The notes under the pieces were generated by a model. That model did no database searches. It was not told where the DNA came from and was given only the letters and a program-made list of their open reading frames with translations. A stretch of 64,000 nt of DNA from Balanoglossus misakiensis (lineage: Eukaryota > Animalia > Hemichordata): positions 10,862,894-10,926,893 of the forward strand of contig CM082589.2 in assembly GCA_040954595.2 (NCBI GenBank), given 5' to 3'. Shown one piece after another: positions 50,301 through 64,000 of the stretch. The position numbers were made by a program, and so were the translations under genes. How positions within the stretch are numbered: position 1 is the stretch's first letter; the number at the start of each line of letters is the position of its first letter.

Positions 50301-53300
50301 TAAAATCACAAAATTTCGTCGATTTTGAAAAAAATCATAGGTTCGTCGATTTTTTAAAAAAAAAACATGGGTGAAAATCATCAAAAAATGACAAATTTTG
50401 AAAAAAAACGGGTGAAAATCATCAAAAAATGACACATTTTCGTCGACTTTGCAAAATCTCAAAATTTCGTCGATTTTTGAAAAAAATCATGGGGGAAAAT
50501 CATGAAAAAATGACAAATTTTCCTCTTTGCAAAATCTCAAAATTTCGTCGATTTTTAAAAAAAGACATGGGTGAAAATCATCAAAAAATAACAAATTTTC
50601 GACTTTGCAAAACCTCAAAATTTCGTCCATTTTTGAAAAAAAATCATGGGTAAAAATCATCAAAAAATGACAAATTTTCGTCTTTGCAAAATCTCACAAT
50701 TTCGTCGATTTTTGAAAAAAATCATGGGAGAAAATCATCAAAAAATGACAAATTTTGAAAAAAAAAACGGGTGAAAATCATCAAAAAATGACACATTTTC
50801 CTCTGCAAAATCTCAAAATTTCGTCGTTTTTTGAAAAAAAATCATTGGTGAAAATCATCAAAAAATGACAAATTTTCGTCTTTGCAAAATCTCAAAATTT
50901 CGTCCATTTTTGAAAAAAAATCATGGGTAAAAATCATCAAAAATGACAAATTTTCGACTTTGCAAAATCTCAAAATTTCGTCAATTTTTGAAAAAAATCA
51001 TGGGAGAAAATCATCAAAAAATGACAAATTTTGAAAAAAAAAAAACAGGTGAAAATCATCAAAAAATGACACATTTTCCTCTGCAAAATCTCAAAATTTC
51101 GTCGTTTTTTGAAAAAAAATCATTGGTGAAAATCATCAAAAAATGACAAATTTTCGTCTTTGCAAAATCTCAAAATTTCGTCCATTTTTGAAAAAAAATC
51201 ATGGGTAAAAATCATCAAAAATGACAAATTTTCGTCTTTGCAAAATCTCAAATTTTCGTCGATTTTTGAAAAAAAATCATGGGTGAAAATCATCAAAAAA
51301 ATGACAAATTTTCGACTTTGCAAAATCTCAAAATTTCGTCGATTTTTGAAGAAAATCATGGGTGAAAATCATCAAAAAATGACAAATTTTCGACTTTGCA
51401 AAATCTCAAAATTTTTTCGATTGTTGAAAAAAATCATCGGTGAAAATCATCAAAAAATGACAAATTTTCGACTTCGCAAAATCTCAAAATTTTGTTGATT
51501 TTTTAAAAAAAAACATGGGTGAAAATCATCAAAAAATGACAAATTTAAAAAAAAAACGGTTGAAAATCATCAAAAAATGACACATTTACGACTTTGCAAA
51601 ATCTCAAAATTTCGTCGATTTTTGAAAAAAATCATGGGGGAAAATCATGAAAAAATGACAAATTTTCGACTTTGCAAAATCTCAAAATTTCGTCAATTTT
51701 GAATAAAAATCATGGGTGAAAATCATCAAAAAATGACAAATTTTCGACTTTGCAAAATCTCACAATTTCGTCGATTTATGAAAAAAAATCATGGGTGAAA
51801 ATGCACCAAAAAATGACAAATTTTCGACTTTGCAAAATCTCAAAATTTCGTCAATTTTGAAAAAAATCATGGCTGAAAATCATCAAAAAATGACAAATTT
51901 TCGACTTTGCAAAATCTCAAAATTTCGTCAATTTTGAAAAAAATCATGGGTGAAAATCATCAAAAAATGACAAATTTTCGACTTTGCAAAATCTCAAAAT
52001 TTCGTCGATTTTTGAAAAAAATCATGGGTGAAAATCATCAAAAAAATGACAAATTTTCGACTTTGCAAAATCTCAAAATTTCGTCGATTTTTGAAGAAAA
52101 TCATGGGTGAAAATCATCAAAAAATGACAAATTTTCGACTTTGCAAAATCTCAAAATTTTTTCGATTGTTGAAAAAAATCATCGGTGAAAATCATCAAAA
52201 AATGACAAATTTTCGACTTCGCAAAATCTCAAAATTTTGTTGATTTTTTAAAAAAAAACATGGGTGAAAATCATCAAAAAATGACAAATTTAAAAAAAAA
52301 ACGGTTGAAAATCATCAAAAAATGACACATTTACGACTTTGCAAAATCTCAAAATTTCGTCGATTTTTGAAAAAAATCATGGGGGAAAATCATGAAAAAA
52401 TGACAAATTTTCGACTTTGCAAAATCTCAAAATTTCGTCAATTTTGAATAAAAATCATGGGTGAAAATCATCAAAAAATGACAAATTTTCGACTTTGCAA
52501 AATCTCACAATTTCGTCGATTTTTGAAAAAAAATCATGGGTGAAAATGCACCAAAAAATGAGAAATTTTCGACTTTGCAAAATCTCAAAATTTCGTCAAT
52601 TTTGAAAAAAATCATGGGTGAAAATCATCAAAAAATGACAAATTTTCGACTTTGCAAAATCTCAAAATTTCGTCGATTTTTGAAAAAAATCATGGGTGAA
52701 AATCATCAAAAAAATGACAAATTTTCGACTTTGCAAAATCTCAAAATTTCGTCGATTTTTGAAGAAAATCATGGGTGAAAATCATCAAAAAATGACAAAT
52801 TTTCGACTTTGCAAAATCTCAAAATTTTTTCGATTGTTGAAAAAAATCATCGGTGAAAATCATCAAAAAATGACAAATTTTCGACTTTGCAAAATCTCAA
52901 AATTTCGTCAATTTTGAAAAAAATCATGGCTGAAAATCATCAAAAAATGACAAATTTTCGACTTTGCAAAATCTCAAAATTTCGTCGATTTTTGAAAAAA
53001 ATCATGGGTGAAAATCATCAAAAAAATGACAATTTTTCGACTTTGCAAAATCTCAAAATTTCGTCGATTTTGAAAAAAATCATGGGTTCGTCCATTTTTG
53101 AAAAAAAAACATTGGGTGAAAATCATCAAAAAATGACAAATTTTCGACTTTGCAAAATCTCAAAATTTCGTCGATTTTTGAAGAAAATCATGGGTGAAAA
53201 TCATCAAAAAAATGACAAATTTTCGACTTTGCAAAATCTCAAAATTTCGTCGATTTTTGAAGAAAATCATGGGTGAAAATCATCAAAAAATGACAAATTT

Positions 53301-56300
53301 TCGACTTTGCAAAATCTCAAAATTTTTTCGATTGTTGAAAAAAATCATCGGTGAAAATCATCAAAAAATGACAAATTTTCGATTTTGCAAAATCTCAAAA
53401 TTTCGTCGATTTTTGAAAAAAAACGGGTGAAAATCATCAAAAAATGACACATTTTCGTCGACTTTGCAAAATCTCAAAATTTCGTCGATTTTTGAAAAAA
53501 ATCATGGGGGAAAATCATGAAAAAAATGACAAATTTTCCTCTTTGCAAAATCTCAAAATTTCGTCGATTTTTAAAAAAAAGACATGGGTGAAAATCATCA
53601 AAAAATAACAAATTTTCGACTTTGCAAAATCTCAAAATTTCGTCCATTTTTGAAAAAAAATCATGGGTAAAAATCATCAAAAAATGACAAATTTTGAAAA
53701 AAAACGGGTGAAAATCATCAAAAAATGACACATTTTCGACTTTGCAAAATCTCAAAATTTCGTCAATTTTTGAAAAAAAATCATGGGTGAAAATCATCAA
53801 AAAATGACAAATTTTCGTCTTTGCAAAATCTCAAAATTTCGTCCATTTCTGAAAAAAAATTATGGGTAAAAATCATCAAAAATGACAAATTTTCATCTTT
53901 GCAAAATCTCAAATTTTCGTCGATTTTTGAAAAAAAATCATGGTTGAAAATCATCAAAAAATGACAAAATTTTCGACTTTGCAAAATCTCAAAATTTCGT
54001 CGATTTTTGAAAAAAATCATGGGGGAAAATCATGAAAAAATGACAAATTCTCCTCTTTGCAAAATCTCAAAATTTCGTCGATTTTTGAAAAAAAATCATG
54101 GGTGAAAATCATCAAAAAATGACAAATTTTCGTCTTTGCAAAATCTCAAAATTTCGTCCATTTTTGAAAAAAATCACGGGTGAAAATCATCAAAAAATGA
54201 CAAATTTTCGACTTTGCAAAATCTCAACATTTCGTCAATTTTTGAAAAAATCATGGGTGAAAATCATCAAAAAATGACAAATTTTCGACTTTGCAAAATC
54301 TCAAAATTTCGTCGATTTTTGAAAAAAATCATGGGGGAAAATCATGAAAAAATGACAAATTTTCCTCTTTGCAAAATCTCAAAATTTCGTCGATTTTTGA
54401 AAAAAATCATGGGGGAAAATCATGAAAAAATGACAAATTTTCCTCTTTGCAAAATCACAAAATTTCGTCGATTTTGAAAAAAATCATTGGTTCGTCGATT
54501 TTTAAAAAAAAAACATGGGTGAAAATCATCAAAAAATGACAAATTTTGAAAAAAAAAAACGGGTGAAAATCATCAAAAAATGACACATTTTCCTCTGCAA
54601 AATCTCAAAATTTCGTCGTTTTTTGAAAAAAAATCATGGGTGAAAATCATCAAAAAATGACAAATTTTCGTCTTTGCAAAATCTCAAAATTTCGTCCATT
54701 TTAGAAAAAAAATCATGGGTAAAAATCATCGAAAATGACAAATTTTCGTCTTTGCAAAATCTCAAATTTTCGTCGATTTTTGAAAAAAATCATGGGGGAA
54801 AATCATGAAAAAATGACAAATTTTGAAAAAAAAAACTGGTGAAAATCATCAAAAAATGACACATTTACGACTTTGCAAAATCTCAAAATTTCGTCGATTT
54901 TTGAAAAAAAATCATGGGTGAAAATCATCAAAAAATGACAAATTTTCGTCTTTGCAAAATCTCAAAATTTCGTCCATTTTTGAAAAAAAATCATGGGTAA
55001 AAATCATCAAAAATGACAAATTTTCGTCTTTGCAAAATCTCAAATTTTCGTCGATTTTTGAAAAAAAATCATGGTTGAAAATCATCAAAAAATGACAAAA
55101 TTTTCGACTTTGTAAAATCACAAAATTTCGTCGATTTTTGAAAAAAATCATGGGGGAAAATCATCAAAAAATGACAAATTTTCCTCTTTGCAAAATCTCA
55201 AAATTTCGTCCATTTTTGAAAAAAAATCATGGGTAAAAATCATCAAAAATGACAAATTTTTGTCTTTGCAAAATCTCAAATTTTCGTCGATTTTTGAAAA
55301 AAAATCATGGTTGAAAATCATCAAAAAATGACAAAATTTTCGACTTTGTAAAATCACAAAATTTCGTCGATTTTGAAAAAAATCATAGGTTCGTCGATTT
55401 TTTAAAAAAAAAACATGGGTGAAAATCATCAAAAAATGACAAATTTTGAAAAAAAACGGGTGAAAATCATCAAAAAATGACACATTTTCGTCGACTTTGC
55501 AAAATCTCAAAATTTCGTCGATTTTTGAAAAAAATCATGGGGGAAAATCATGAAAAAATGACAAATTTTCCTCTTTGCAAAATCTCAAAATTTCGTCGAT
55601 TTTTAAAAAAAGACATGGGTGAAAATCATCAAAAAATAACAAATTTTCGACTTTGCAAAACCTCAAAATTTCGTCCATTTTTGAAAAAAAATCATGGGTA
55701 AAAATCATCAAAAAATGACAAATTTTCGTCTTTGCAAAATCTCACAATTTCGTCGATTTTTGAAAAAAATCATGGGAGAAAATCATCAAAAAATGACAAA
55801 TTTTGAAAAAAAAAACGGGTGAAAATCATCAAAAAATGACACATTTTCCTCTGCAAAATCTCAAAATTTCGTCGTTTTTTGAAAAAAAATCATTGGTGAA
55901 AATCATCAAAAAATGACAAATTTTCGTCTTTGCAAAATCTCAAAATTTCGTCCATTTTTGAAAAAAAATCATGGGTAAAAATCATCAAAAATGACAAATT
56001 TTCGACTTTGCAAAATCTCAAAATTTCGTCAATTTTTGAAAAAAATCATGGGAGAAAATCATCAAAAAATGACAAATTTTGAAAAAAAAAAAACAGGTGA
56101 AAATCATCAAAAAATGACACATTTTCCTCTGCAAAATCTCAAAATTTCGTCGTTTTTTGAAAAAAAATCATTGGTGAAAATCATCAAAAAATGACAAATT
56201 TTCGTCTTTGCAAAATCTCAAAATTTCGTCCATTTTTGAAAAAAAATCATGGGTAAAAATCATCAAAAATGACAAATTTTCGTCTTTGCAAAATCTCAAA

Positions 56301-59300
56301 TTTTCGTCGATTTTTGAAAAAAAATCATGGTTGAAAATCATCAAAAAATGACAAAATTTTCGACTTTGTAAAATCACAAAATTTCGTCGATTTTTGAAAA
56401 AAATCATGGGGGAAAATCATCAAAAAATGACAAATTTTCCTCTTTGCAAAATCTCAAAATTTCGTCCATTTTTGAAAAAAAATCATGGGTAAAAATCATC
56501 AAAAATGACAAATTTTTGTCTTTGCAAAATCTCAAATTTTCGTCGATTTTTGAAAAAAAATCATGGTTGAAAATCATCAAAAAATGACAAAATTTTCGAC
56601 TTTGTAAAATCACAAAATTTCGTCGATTTTGAAAAAAATCATAGGTTCGTCGATTTTTTAAAAAAAAAACATGGGTGAAAATCATCAAAAAATGACAAAT
56701 TTTGAAAAAAAACGGGTGAAAATCATCAAAAAATGACACATTTTCGTCGACTTTGCAAAATCTCAAAATTTCGTCGATTTTTGAAAAAAATCATGGGGGA
56801 AAATCATGAAAAAATGACAAATTTTCCTCTTTGCAAAATCTCAAAATTTCGTCGATTTTTAAAAAAAGACATGGGTGAAAATCATCAAAAAATAACAAAT
56901 TTTCGACTTTGCAAAACCTCAAAATTTCGTCCATTTTTGAAAAAAAATCATGGGTAAAAATCTTCAAAAAATGACAAATTTTCGTCTTTGCAAAATCTCA
57001 CAATTTCGTCGATTTTGAATAAAAATCATGGGTGAAAATCATCAAAAAATGACAAATTTTCGACTTTGCAAAATCTCACAATTTCGTCGATTTTTGAAAA
57101 AAAATCATGGGTGAAAATGCACCAAAAAATGAGAAATTTTCGACTTTGCAAAATCTCAAAATTTCGTCAATTTTGAAAAAAATCATGGGTGAAAATCATC
57201 AAAAAATGACAAATTTTCGACTTTGCAAAATCTCAAAATTTCGTCGATTTTTGAAAAAAATCATGGGTGAAAATCATCAAAAAAATGACAAATTTTCGAC
57301 TTTGCAAAATCTCAAAATTTCGTCGATTTTTGAAGAAAATCATGGGTGAAAATCATCAAAAAATGACAAATTTTCGACTTTGCAAAATCTCAAAAGTTTT
57401 TCGATTGTTGAAAAAAATCATCGGTGAAAATCATCAAAAAATGACAAATTTTCGACTTTGCAAAATCTCAAAATTTCGTCAATTTTGAAAAAAATCATGG
57501 CTGAAAATCATCAAAAAATGACAAATTTTCGACTTTGCAAAATCTCAAAATTTCGTCGATTTTTGAAAAAAATCATGGGTGAAAATCATCAAAAAAATGA
57601 CAATTTTTCGACTTTGCAAAATCTCAAAATTTCGTCGATTTTGAAAAAAATCATGGGTTCGTCCATTTTTGAAAAAAAAACATTGGGTGAAAATCATCAA
57701 AAAATGACAAATTTTCGACTTTGCAAAATCTCAAAATTTCGTCGATTTTTGAAGAAAATCATGGGTGAAAATCATCAAAAAAATGACAAATTTTCGACTT
57801 TGCAAAATCTCAAAATTTCGTCGATTTTTGAAGAAAATCATGGGTGAAAATCATCAAAAAATGACAAATTTTCGACTTTGCAAAATCTCAAAATTTTTTC
57901 GATTGTTGAAAAAAATCATCGGTGAAAATCATCAAAAAATGACAAATTTTCGATTTTGCAAAATCTCAAAATTTCGTCGATTTTTGAAAAAAAACGGGTG
58001 AAAATCATCAAAAAATGACACATTTTCGTCGACTTTGCAAAATCTCAAAATTTCGTCGATTTTTGAAAAAAATCATGGGGGAAAATCATGAAAAAAATGA
58101 CAAATTTTCCTCTTTGCAAAATCTCAAAATTTCGTCGATTTTTAAAAAAAAGACATGGGTGAAAATCATCAAAAAATAACAAATTTTCGACTTTGCAAAA
58201 TCTCAAAATTTCGTCCATTTTTGAAAAAAAATCATGGGTAAAAATCATCAAAAAATGACAAATTTTGAAAAAAACGGGTGAAAATCATCAAAAAATGACA
58301 CATTTTCGACTTTGCAAAATCTCAAAATTTCGTCAATTTTTGAAAAAAAATCATGGGTGAAAATCATCAAAAAATGACAAATTTTCGTCTTTGCAAAATC
58401 TCAAAATTTCGTCCATTTCTGAAAAAAAATTATGGGTAAAAATCATCAAAAATGACAAATTTTCATCTTTGCAAAATCTCAAATTTTCGTCGATTTTTGA
58501 AAAAAAATCATGGTTGAAAATCATCAAAAAATGACAAAATTTTCGACTTTGCAAAATCTCAAAATTTCGTCGATTTTTGAAAAAAATCATGGGGGAAAAT
58601 CATGAAAAAACGACAAATTCTCCTCTTTGCAAAATCTCAAAATTTCGTCGATTTTTGAAAAAAAATCATGGGTGAAAATCATCAAAAAATGACAAATTTT
58701 CGTCTTTGCAAAATCTCAAAATTTCGTCCATTTTTGAAAAAAATCACGGGTGAAAATCATCAAAAAATGACAAATTTTCGACTTTGCAAAATCTCAACAT
58801 TTCGTCAATTTTTGAAAAAATCATGGGTGAAAATCATCAAAAAATGACAAATTTTCGACTTTGCAAAATCTCAAAATTTCGTCGATTTTTGAAAAAAATC
58901 ATGGGGGAAAATCATGAAAAAATGACAAATTTTCCTCTTTGCAAAATCTCAAAATTTCGTCGATTTTTGAAAAAAATCATGGGGGAAAATCATGAAAAAA
59001 TGACAAATTTTCCTCTTTGCAAAATCACAAAATTTCGTCGATTTTGAAAAAAATCATTGGTTCGTCGATTTTTAAAAAAAAAACATGGGTGAAAATCATC
59101 AAAAAATGACAAATTTTGAAAAAAAAAAACGGGTGAAAATCATCAAAAAATGACACATTTTCCTCTGCAAAATCTCAAAATTTCGTCGTTTTTTGAAAAA
59201 AAATCATGGGTGAAAATCATCAAAAAATGACAAATTTTCGTCTTTGCAAAATCTCAAAATTTCGTCCATTTTAGAAAAAAAATCATGGGTAAAAATCATC

Positions 59301-62300
59301 GAAAATGACAAATTTTCGTCTTTGCAAAATCTCAAATTTTCGTCGATTTTTGAAAAAAATCATGGGGGAAAATCATGAAAAAATGACAAATTTTGAAAAA
59401 AAAAACTGGTGAAAATCATCAAAAAATGACACATTTACGACTTTGCAAAATCTCAAAATTTCGTCGATTTTTGAAAAAAAATCATGGGTGAAAATCATCA
59501 AAAAATGACAAATTTTCGTCTTTGCAAAATCTCAAAATTTCGTCCATTTTTGAAAAAAAATCATGGGTAAAAATCATCAAAAATGACAAATTTTCGTCTT
59601 TGCAAAATCTCAAATTTTCGTCGATTTTTGAAAAAAAATCATGGTTGAAAATCATCAAAAAATGACAAAATTTTCGACTTTGTAAAATCACAAAATTTCG
59701 TCGATTTTTGAAAAAAATCATGGGGGAAAATCATCAAAAAATGACAAATTTTCCTCTTTGCAAAATCTCAAAATTTCGTCCATTTTTGAAAAAAAATCAT
59801 GGGTAAAAATCATCAAAAATGACAAATTTTTGTCTTTGCAAAATCTCAAATTTTCGTCGATTTTTGAAAAAAAATCATGGTTGAAAATCATCAAAAAATG
59901 ACAAAATTTTCGACTTTGTAAAATCACAAAATTTCGTCGATTTTGAAAAAAATCATAGGTTCGTCGATTTTTTAAAAAAAAAACATGGGTGAAAATCATC
60001 AAAAAATGACAAATTTTGAAAAAAAACGGGTGAAAATCATCAAAAAATGACACATTTTCGTCGACTTTGCAAAATCTCAAAATTTCGTCGATTTTTGAAA
60101 AAAATCATGGGGGAAAATCATGAAAAAATGACAAATTTTCCTCTTTGCAAAATCTCAAAATTTCGTCGATTTTTAAAAAAAGACATGGGTGAAAATCATC
60201 AAAAAATAACAAATTTTCGACTTTGCAAAACCTCAAAATTTCGTCCATTTTTGAAAAAAAATCATGGGTAAAAATCATCAAAAAATGACAAATTTTCGTC
60301 TTTGCAAAATCTCACAATTTCGTCGATTTTTGAAAAAAATCATGGGAGAAAATCATCAAAAAATGACAAATTTTGAAAAAAAAAACGGGTGAAAATCATC
60401 AAAAAATGACACATTTTCCTCTGCAAAATCTCAAAATTTCGTCGTTTTTTGAAAAAAAATCATTGGTGAAAATCATCAAAAAATGACAAATTTTCGTCTT
60501 TGCAAAATCTCAAAATTTCGTCCATTTTTGAAAAAAAATCATGGGTAAAAATCATCAAAAATGACAAATTTTCGACTTTGCAAAATCTCAAAATTTCGTC
60601 AATTTTTGAAAAAAATCATGGGAGAAAATCATCAAAAAATGACAAATTTTGAAAAAAAAAAAACAGGTGAAAATCATCAAAAAATGACACATTTTCCTCT
60701 GCAAAATCTCAAAATTTCGTCGTTTTTTGAAAAAAAATCATTGGTGAAAATCATCAAAAAATGACAAATTTTCGTCTTTGCAAAATCTCAAAATTTCGTC
60801 CATTTTTGAAAAAAAATCATGGGTAAAAATCATCAAAAATGACAAATTTTCGTCTTTGCAAAATCTCAAATTTTCGTCGATTTTTGAAAAAAAATCATGG
60901 TTGAAAATCATCAAAAAATGACAAAATTTTCGACTTTGTAAAATCACAAAATTTCGTCGATTTTTGAAAAAAATCATGGGGGAAAATCATCAAAAAATGA
61001 CAAATTTTCCTCTTTGCAAAATCTCAAAATTTCGTCCATTTTTGAAAAAAAATCATGGGTAAAAATCATCAAAAATGACAAATTTTTGTCTTTGCAAAAT
61101 CTCAAATTTTCGTCGATTTTTGAAAAAAAATCATGGTTGAAAATCATCAAAAAATGACAAAATTTTCGACTTTGTAAAATCACAAAATTTCGTCGATTTT
61201 GAAAAAAATCATAGGTTCGTCGATTTTTTAAAAAAAAAACATGGGTGAAAATCATCAAAAAATGACAAATTTTGAAAAAAAACGGGTGAAAATCATCAAA
61301 AAATGACACATTTTCGTCGACTTTGCAAAATCTCAAAATTTCGTCGATTTTTGAAAAAAATCATGGGGGAAAATCATGAAAAAATGACAAATTTTCCTCT
61401 TTGCAAAATCTCAAAATTTCGTCGATTTTTAAAAAAAGACATGGGTGAAAATCATCAAAAAATAACAAATTTTCGACTTTGCAAAACCTCAAAATTTCGT
61501 CCATTTTTGAAAAAAAATCATGGGTAAAAATCTTCAAAAAATGACAAATTTTCGTCTTTGCAAAATCTCACAATTTCGTCGATTTTTGAAAAAAATCATG
61601 TGTGAAAATCATCAAAAAATGACAAATTTTCGACTTTGCAAAATCTCAAAATTTCGTCAATTTTTGAAAAAATCATGGGTGAAAATAATCAAAAAATAAC
61701 AAATTTTCGTCTTTGCAAAATCTCAAAATTTCGTCCATTTAAAAAAAAAAACATGGGGGAAAATCATCAAAAAATGACAAATTTTCGACTTTGCAAAATC
61801 TCAAAATTTCGTCGATTTTTGAAAAAAATCATGGGTGAAAATCATCAAAAAATGACAAATTTTCGACTTTGCAAAATCTCAAAATTTCGTCAATTTTTGA
61901 AAAAAAATCATGGGAGAAAATCATCAAAAAATGACAAATTTTGAAAAAAAAAACGGGTGAAAATCATCAAAAAATGACACATTTTCCTCTGCAAAATCTC
62001 AAAATTTCGTCGTTTTTTGAAAAAAAATCATTGGTGAAAATCATCAAAAAATGACAAATTTTCGTCTTTGCAAAATCTCAAAATTTCGTCCATTTTTGAA
62101 AAAAAATCATGGGTAAAAATCATCAAAAATGACAAATTTTCGACTTTGCAAAATCTCAAAATTTCGTCAATTTTTGAAAAAAATCATGGGAGAAAATCAT
62201 CAAAAAATGACAAATTTTGAAAAAAAAAAAACGGGTGAAAATCATCAAAAAATGACACATTTTCCTCTGCAAAATCTCAAAATTTCGTCGTTTTTTGAAA

Positions 62301-64000
62301 AAAAATCATTGGTGAAAATCATCAAAAAATGACAAATTTTCGTCTTTGCAAAATCTCAAAATTTCGTCCATTTTTGAAAAAAAATCATGGGTAAAAATCA
62401 TCAAAAATGACAAATTTTCGTCTTTACAAAATCTCAAATTTTCGTCGATTTTTGAAAAAAATCATGGGGGAAAATCATGAAAAAATGACAAATTTTCCTC
62501 TTTGCAAAATCTCAAAATTTCGTCGATTTTTGAAAAAAATCATGGGTGAAAATCATGAAAAAATGACAAATTTTCCTCTTTGCAAAATATCAAAATTTCG
62601 TCGTTTTTTGAAAAAAAATCATGGGTAAAAATCATCAAAAATGACAAATTTTCGTCTTTGCAAAATCTCAAATTTTCGTCGATTTTTGAAAAAAAATCAT
62701 GGTTGAAAATCATCAAAAAATGACAAAATTTTCGACTTTGTAAAATCACAAAATTTCGTCGATTTTGAAAAAAATCATAGGTTCGTCGATTTTTTTAAAA
62801 AAAAACATGGGTGAAAATCATCAAAAAATGACAAATTTTGAAAAAAAACGGTTGAAAATCATCAAAAAATGACACATTTTCGTCGACTTTGCAAAATCTC
62901 AAAATTTCGTCGATTTTTGAAAAAAATCATGGGGGAAAATCACGAAAAAATGACAAATTTTCCTCTTTGCAAAATCTCACAATTTCGTCGATTTTTGAAA
63001 AAAATCATGTGTGAAAATCATCAAAAAATGACAAATTTTCGACTTTGCATAACCTCAAAATTTCGTCCATTTTTGAAAAAAAATCATGGGTAAAAATCAT
63101 CAAAAAATGACAAATTTTCGTCTTTGCAAAATCTCACAATTTCGTCGATTTTTGAAAAAAATCATGTGTGAAAATCATCAAAAAATGACAAATTTTCGAC
63201 TTTGCAAAATCTCAAAATTTCGTCAATTTTTGAAAAAATCATGGGTGAAAATCATCAAAAAATGACAAATTTTCCTCTTTGCAAAATCTATAAATTTCGT
63301 CGATTTTTGAAAAATTTTCAACTTTGCAAAATCTCAAAATTTCGTCGATTTTTGAAAAAAATCATGGGGGAAAATCATCAAAAAATGACAAATTTTCGAC
63401 TGCAAAATCTCAAAATTTCGTCGATTTTTGAAATAAATCATTGTTGAAAATTATCAAAAATTGACAAATTTTCCTTTTTGCAAAATCTCAAAATTTCGTC
63501 GATTTTTTGAAAAAAGACAGGTGAAAATCATCTAAAAATGACAAATTTTCGACTTTGCAAAATCTCAAAATTTCGTCAATTTTGAAAAAAATCATGGGGG
63601 AAAATCATCAAAAATGACAAATTTACGACTACAAAATCTCAAAATTTCGTCGATTTGTGAAAAAAAATCATGGGTGAAAATCATCAAAAAATGACAAATT
63701 TTTGACTTTGCACAATCTCAAAATTTCGTCAATTTTGAAAAAAATCATGGGTGAAAATCATCAAAAAATGACAAATTTTCGACTTTGCAAAATCTGAAAA
63801 TTTCATCGATATTTGAAAAAATCATGGGTGAAAATCATGAAAAAATGACAAATTTTCGACTTTGCAAAATCTCAAAATTTCGTCGATTTTTGAAAAAAAT
63901 CATGGGGAAAATGATCAAAAAATGACAAATTTTCGACTGCAAAATTTCAAAATTTCGTCAATTTTGAAAAAATCATGGGTGAAAATCATCAAAAAATGAC
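35323..64000. repeat. Satellite DNA array, ~78-bp monomer, >28.6 kb, single orientation, with higher-order repeats
   Basis: Consensus catgggtgaaaatcatcaaaaaatgacaaattttcgactttgcaaaatctcaaaatttcgtcgatttttgaaaaaaat. Identical ORF-track entries recur at offsets 1256, 3382, 3662, 4570 and 5048. Confidence 0.98.

Noticed and set aside
35373-63447. Many ORFs with 26-aa repeats (MGENHQKMTNFRLCKISKFRRFLKKI)
   Set aside because: By-product of a 78-bp stop-poor monomer; constant homopolymer frameshifts show no coding constraint.
35323-64000. CRISPR-like array
   Set aside because: No unique spacers, no cas genes, eukaryotic context.

Overview
AT-rich eukaryotic DNA resembling a marine invertebrate (species not determinable). 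It has two halves. (1) 1-35.3 kb is a transposon graveyard: Helentron/DINE-like elements, Harbinger-, Kolobok-, P- and Academ-like non-autonomous elements with readable TSDs, a 4-kb foldback nested in a MITE, two decayed LINEs and an intron-containing hAT (ZNF862-like) transposase pseudogene. It also holds a ~4-kb segmental duplication carrying minus-strand micro-exons (25-75 nt) whose single open frames chain in phase. (2) 35.3-64 kb is a ~78-bp satellite with internal dyad symmetry, recurrent deletion variants and kb-scale higher-order repeats. It starts abruptly ~100 bp after an Academ-like terminus. Nearly all ORFs in the supplied track, including all those after 35.3 kb, are spurious. Family assignments rest on TSD, terminus and motif rules only; no database search was possible.
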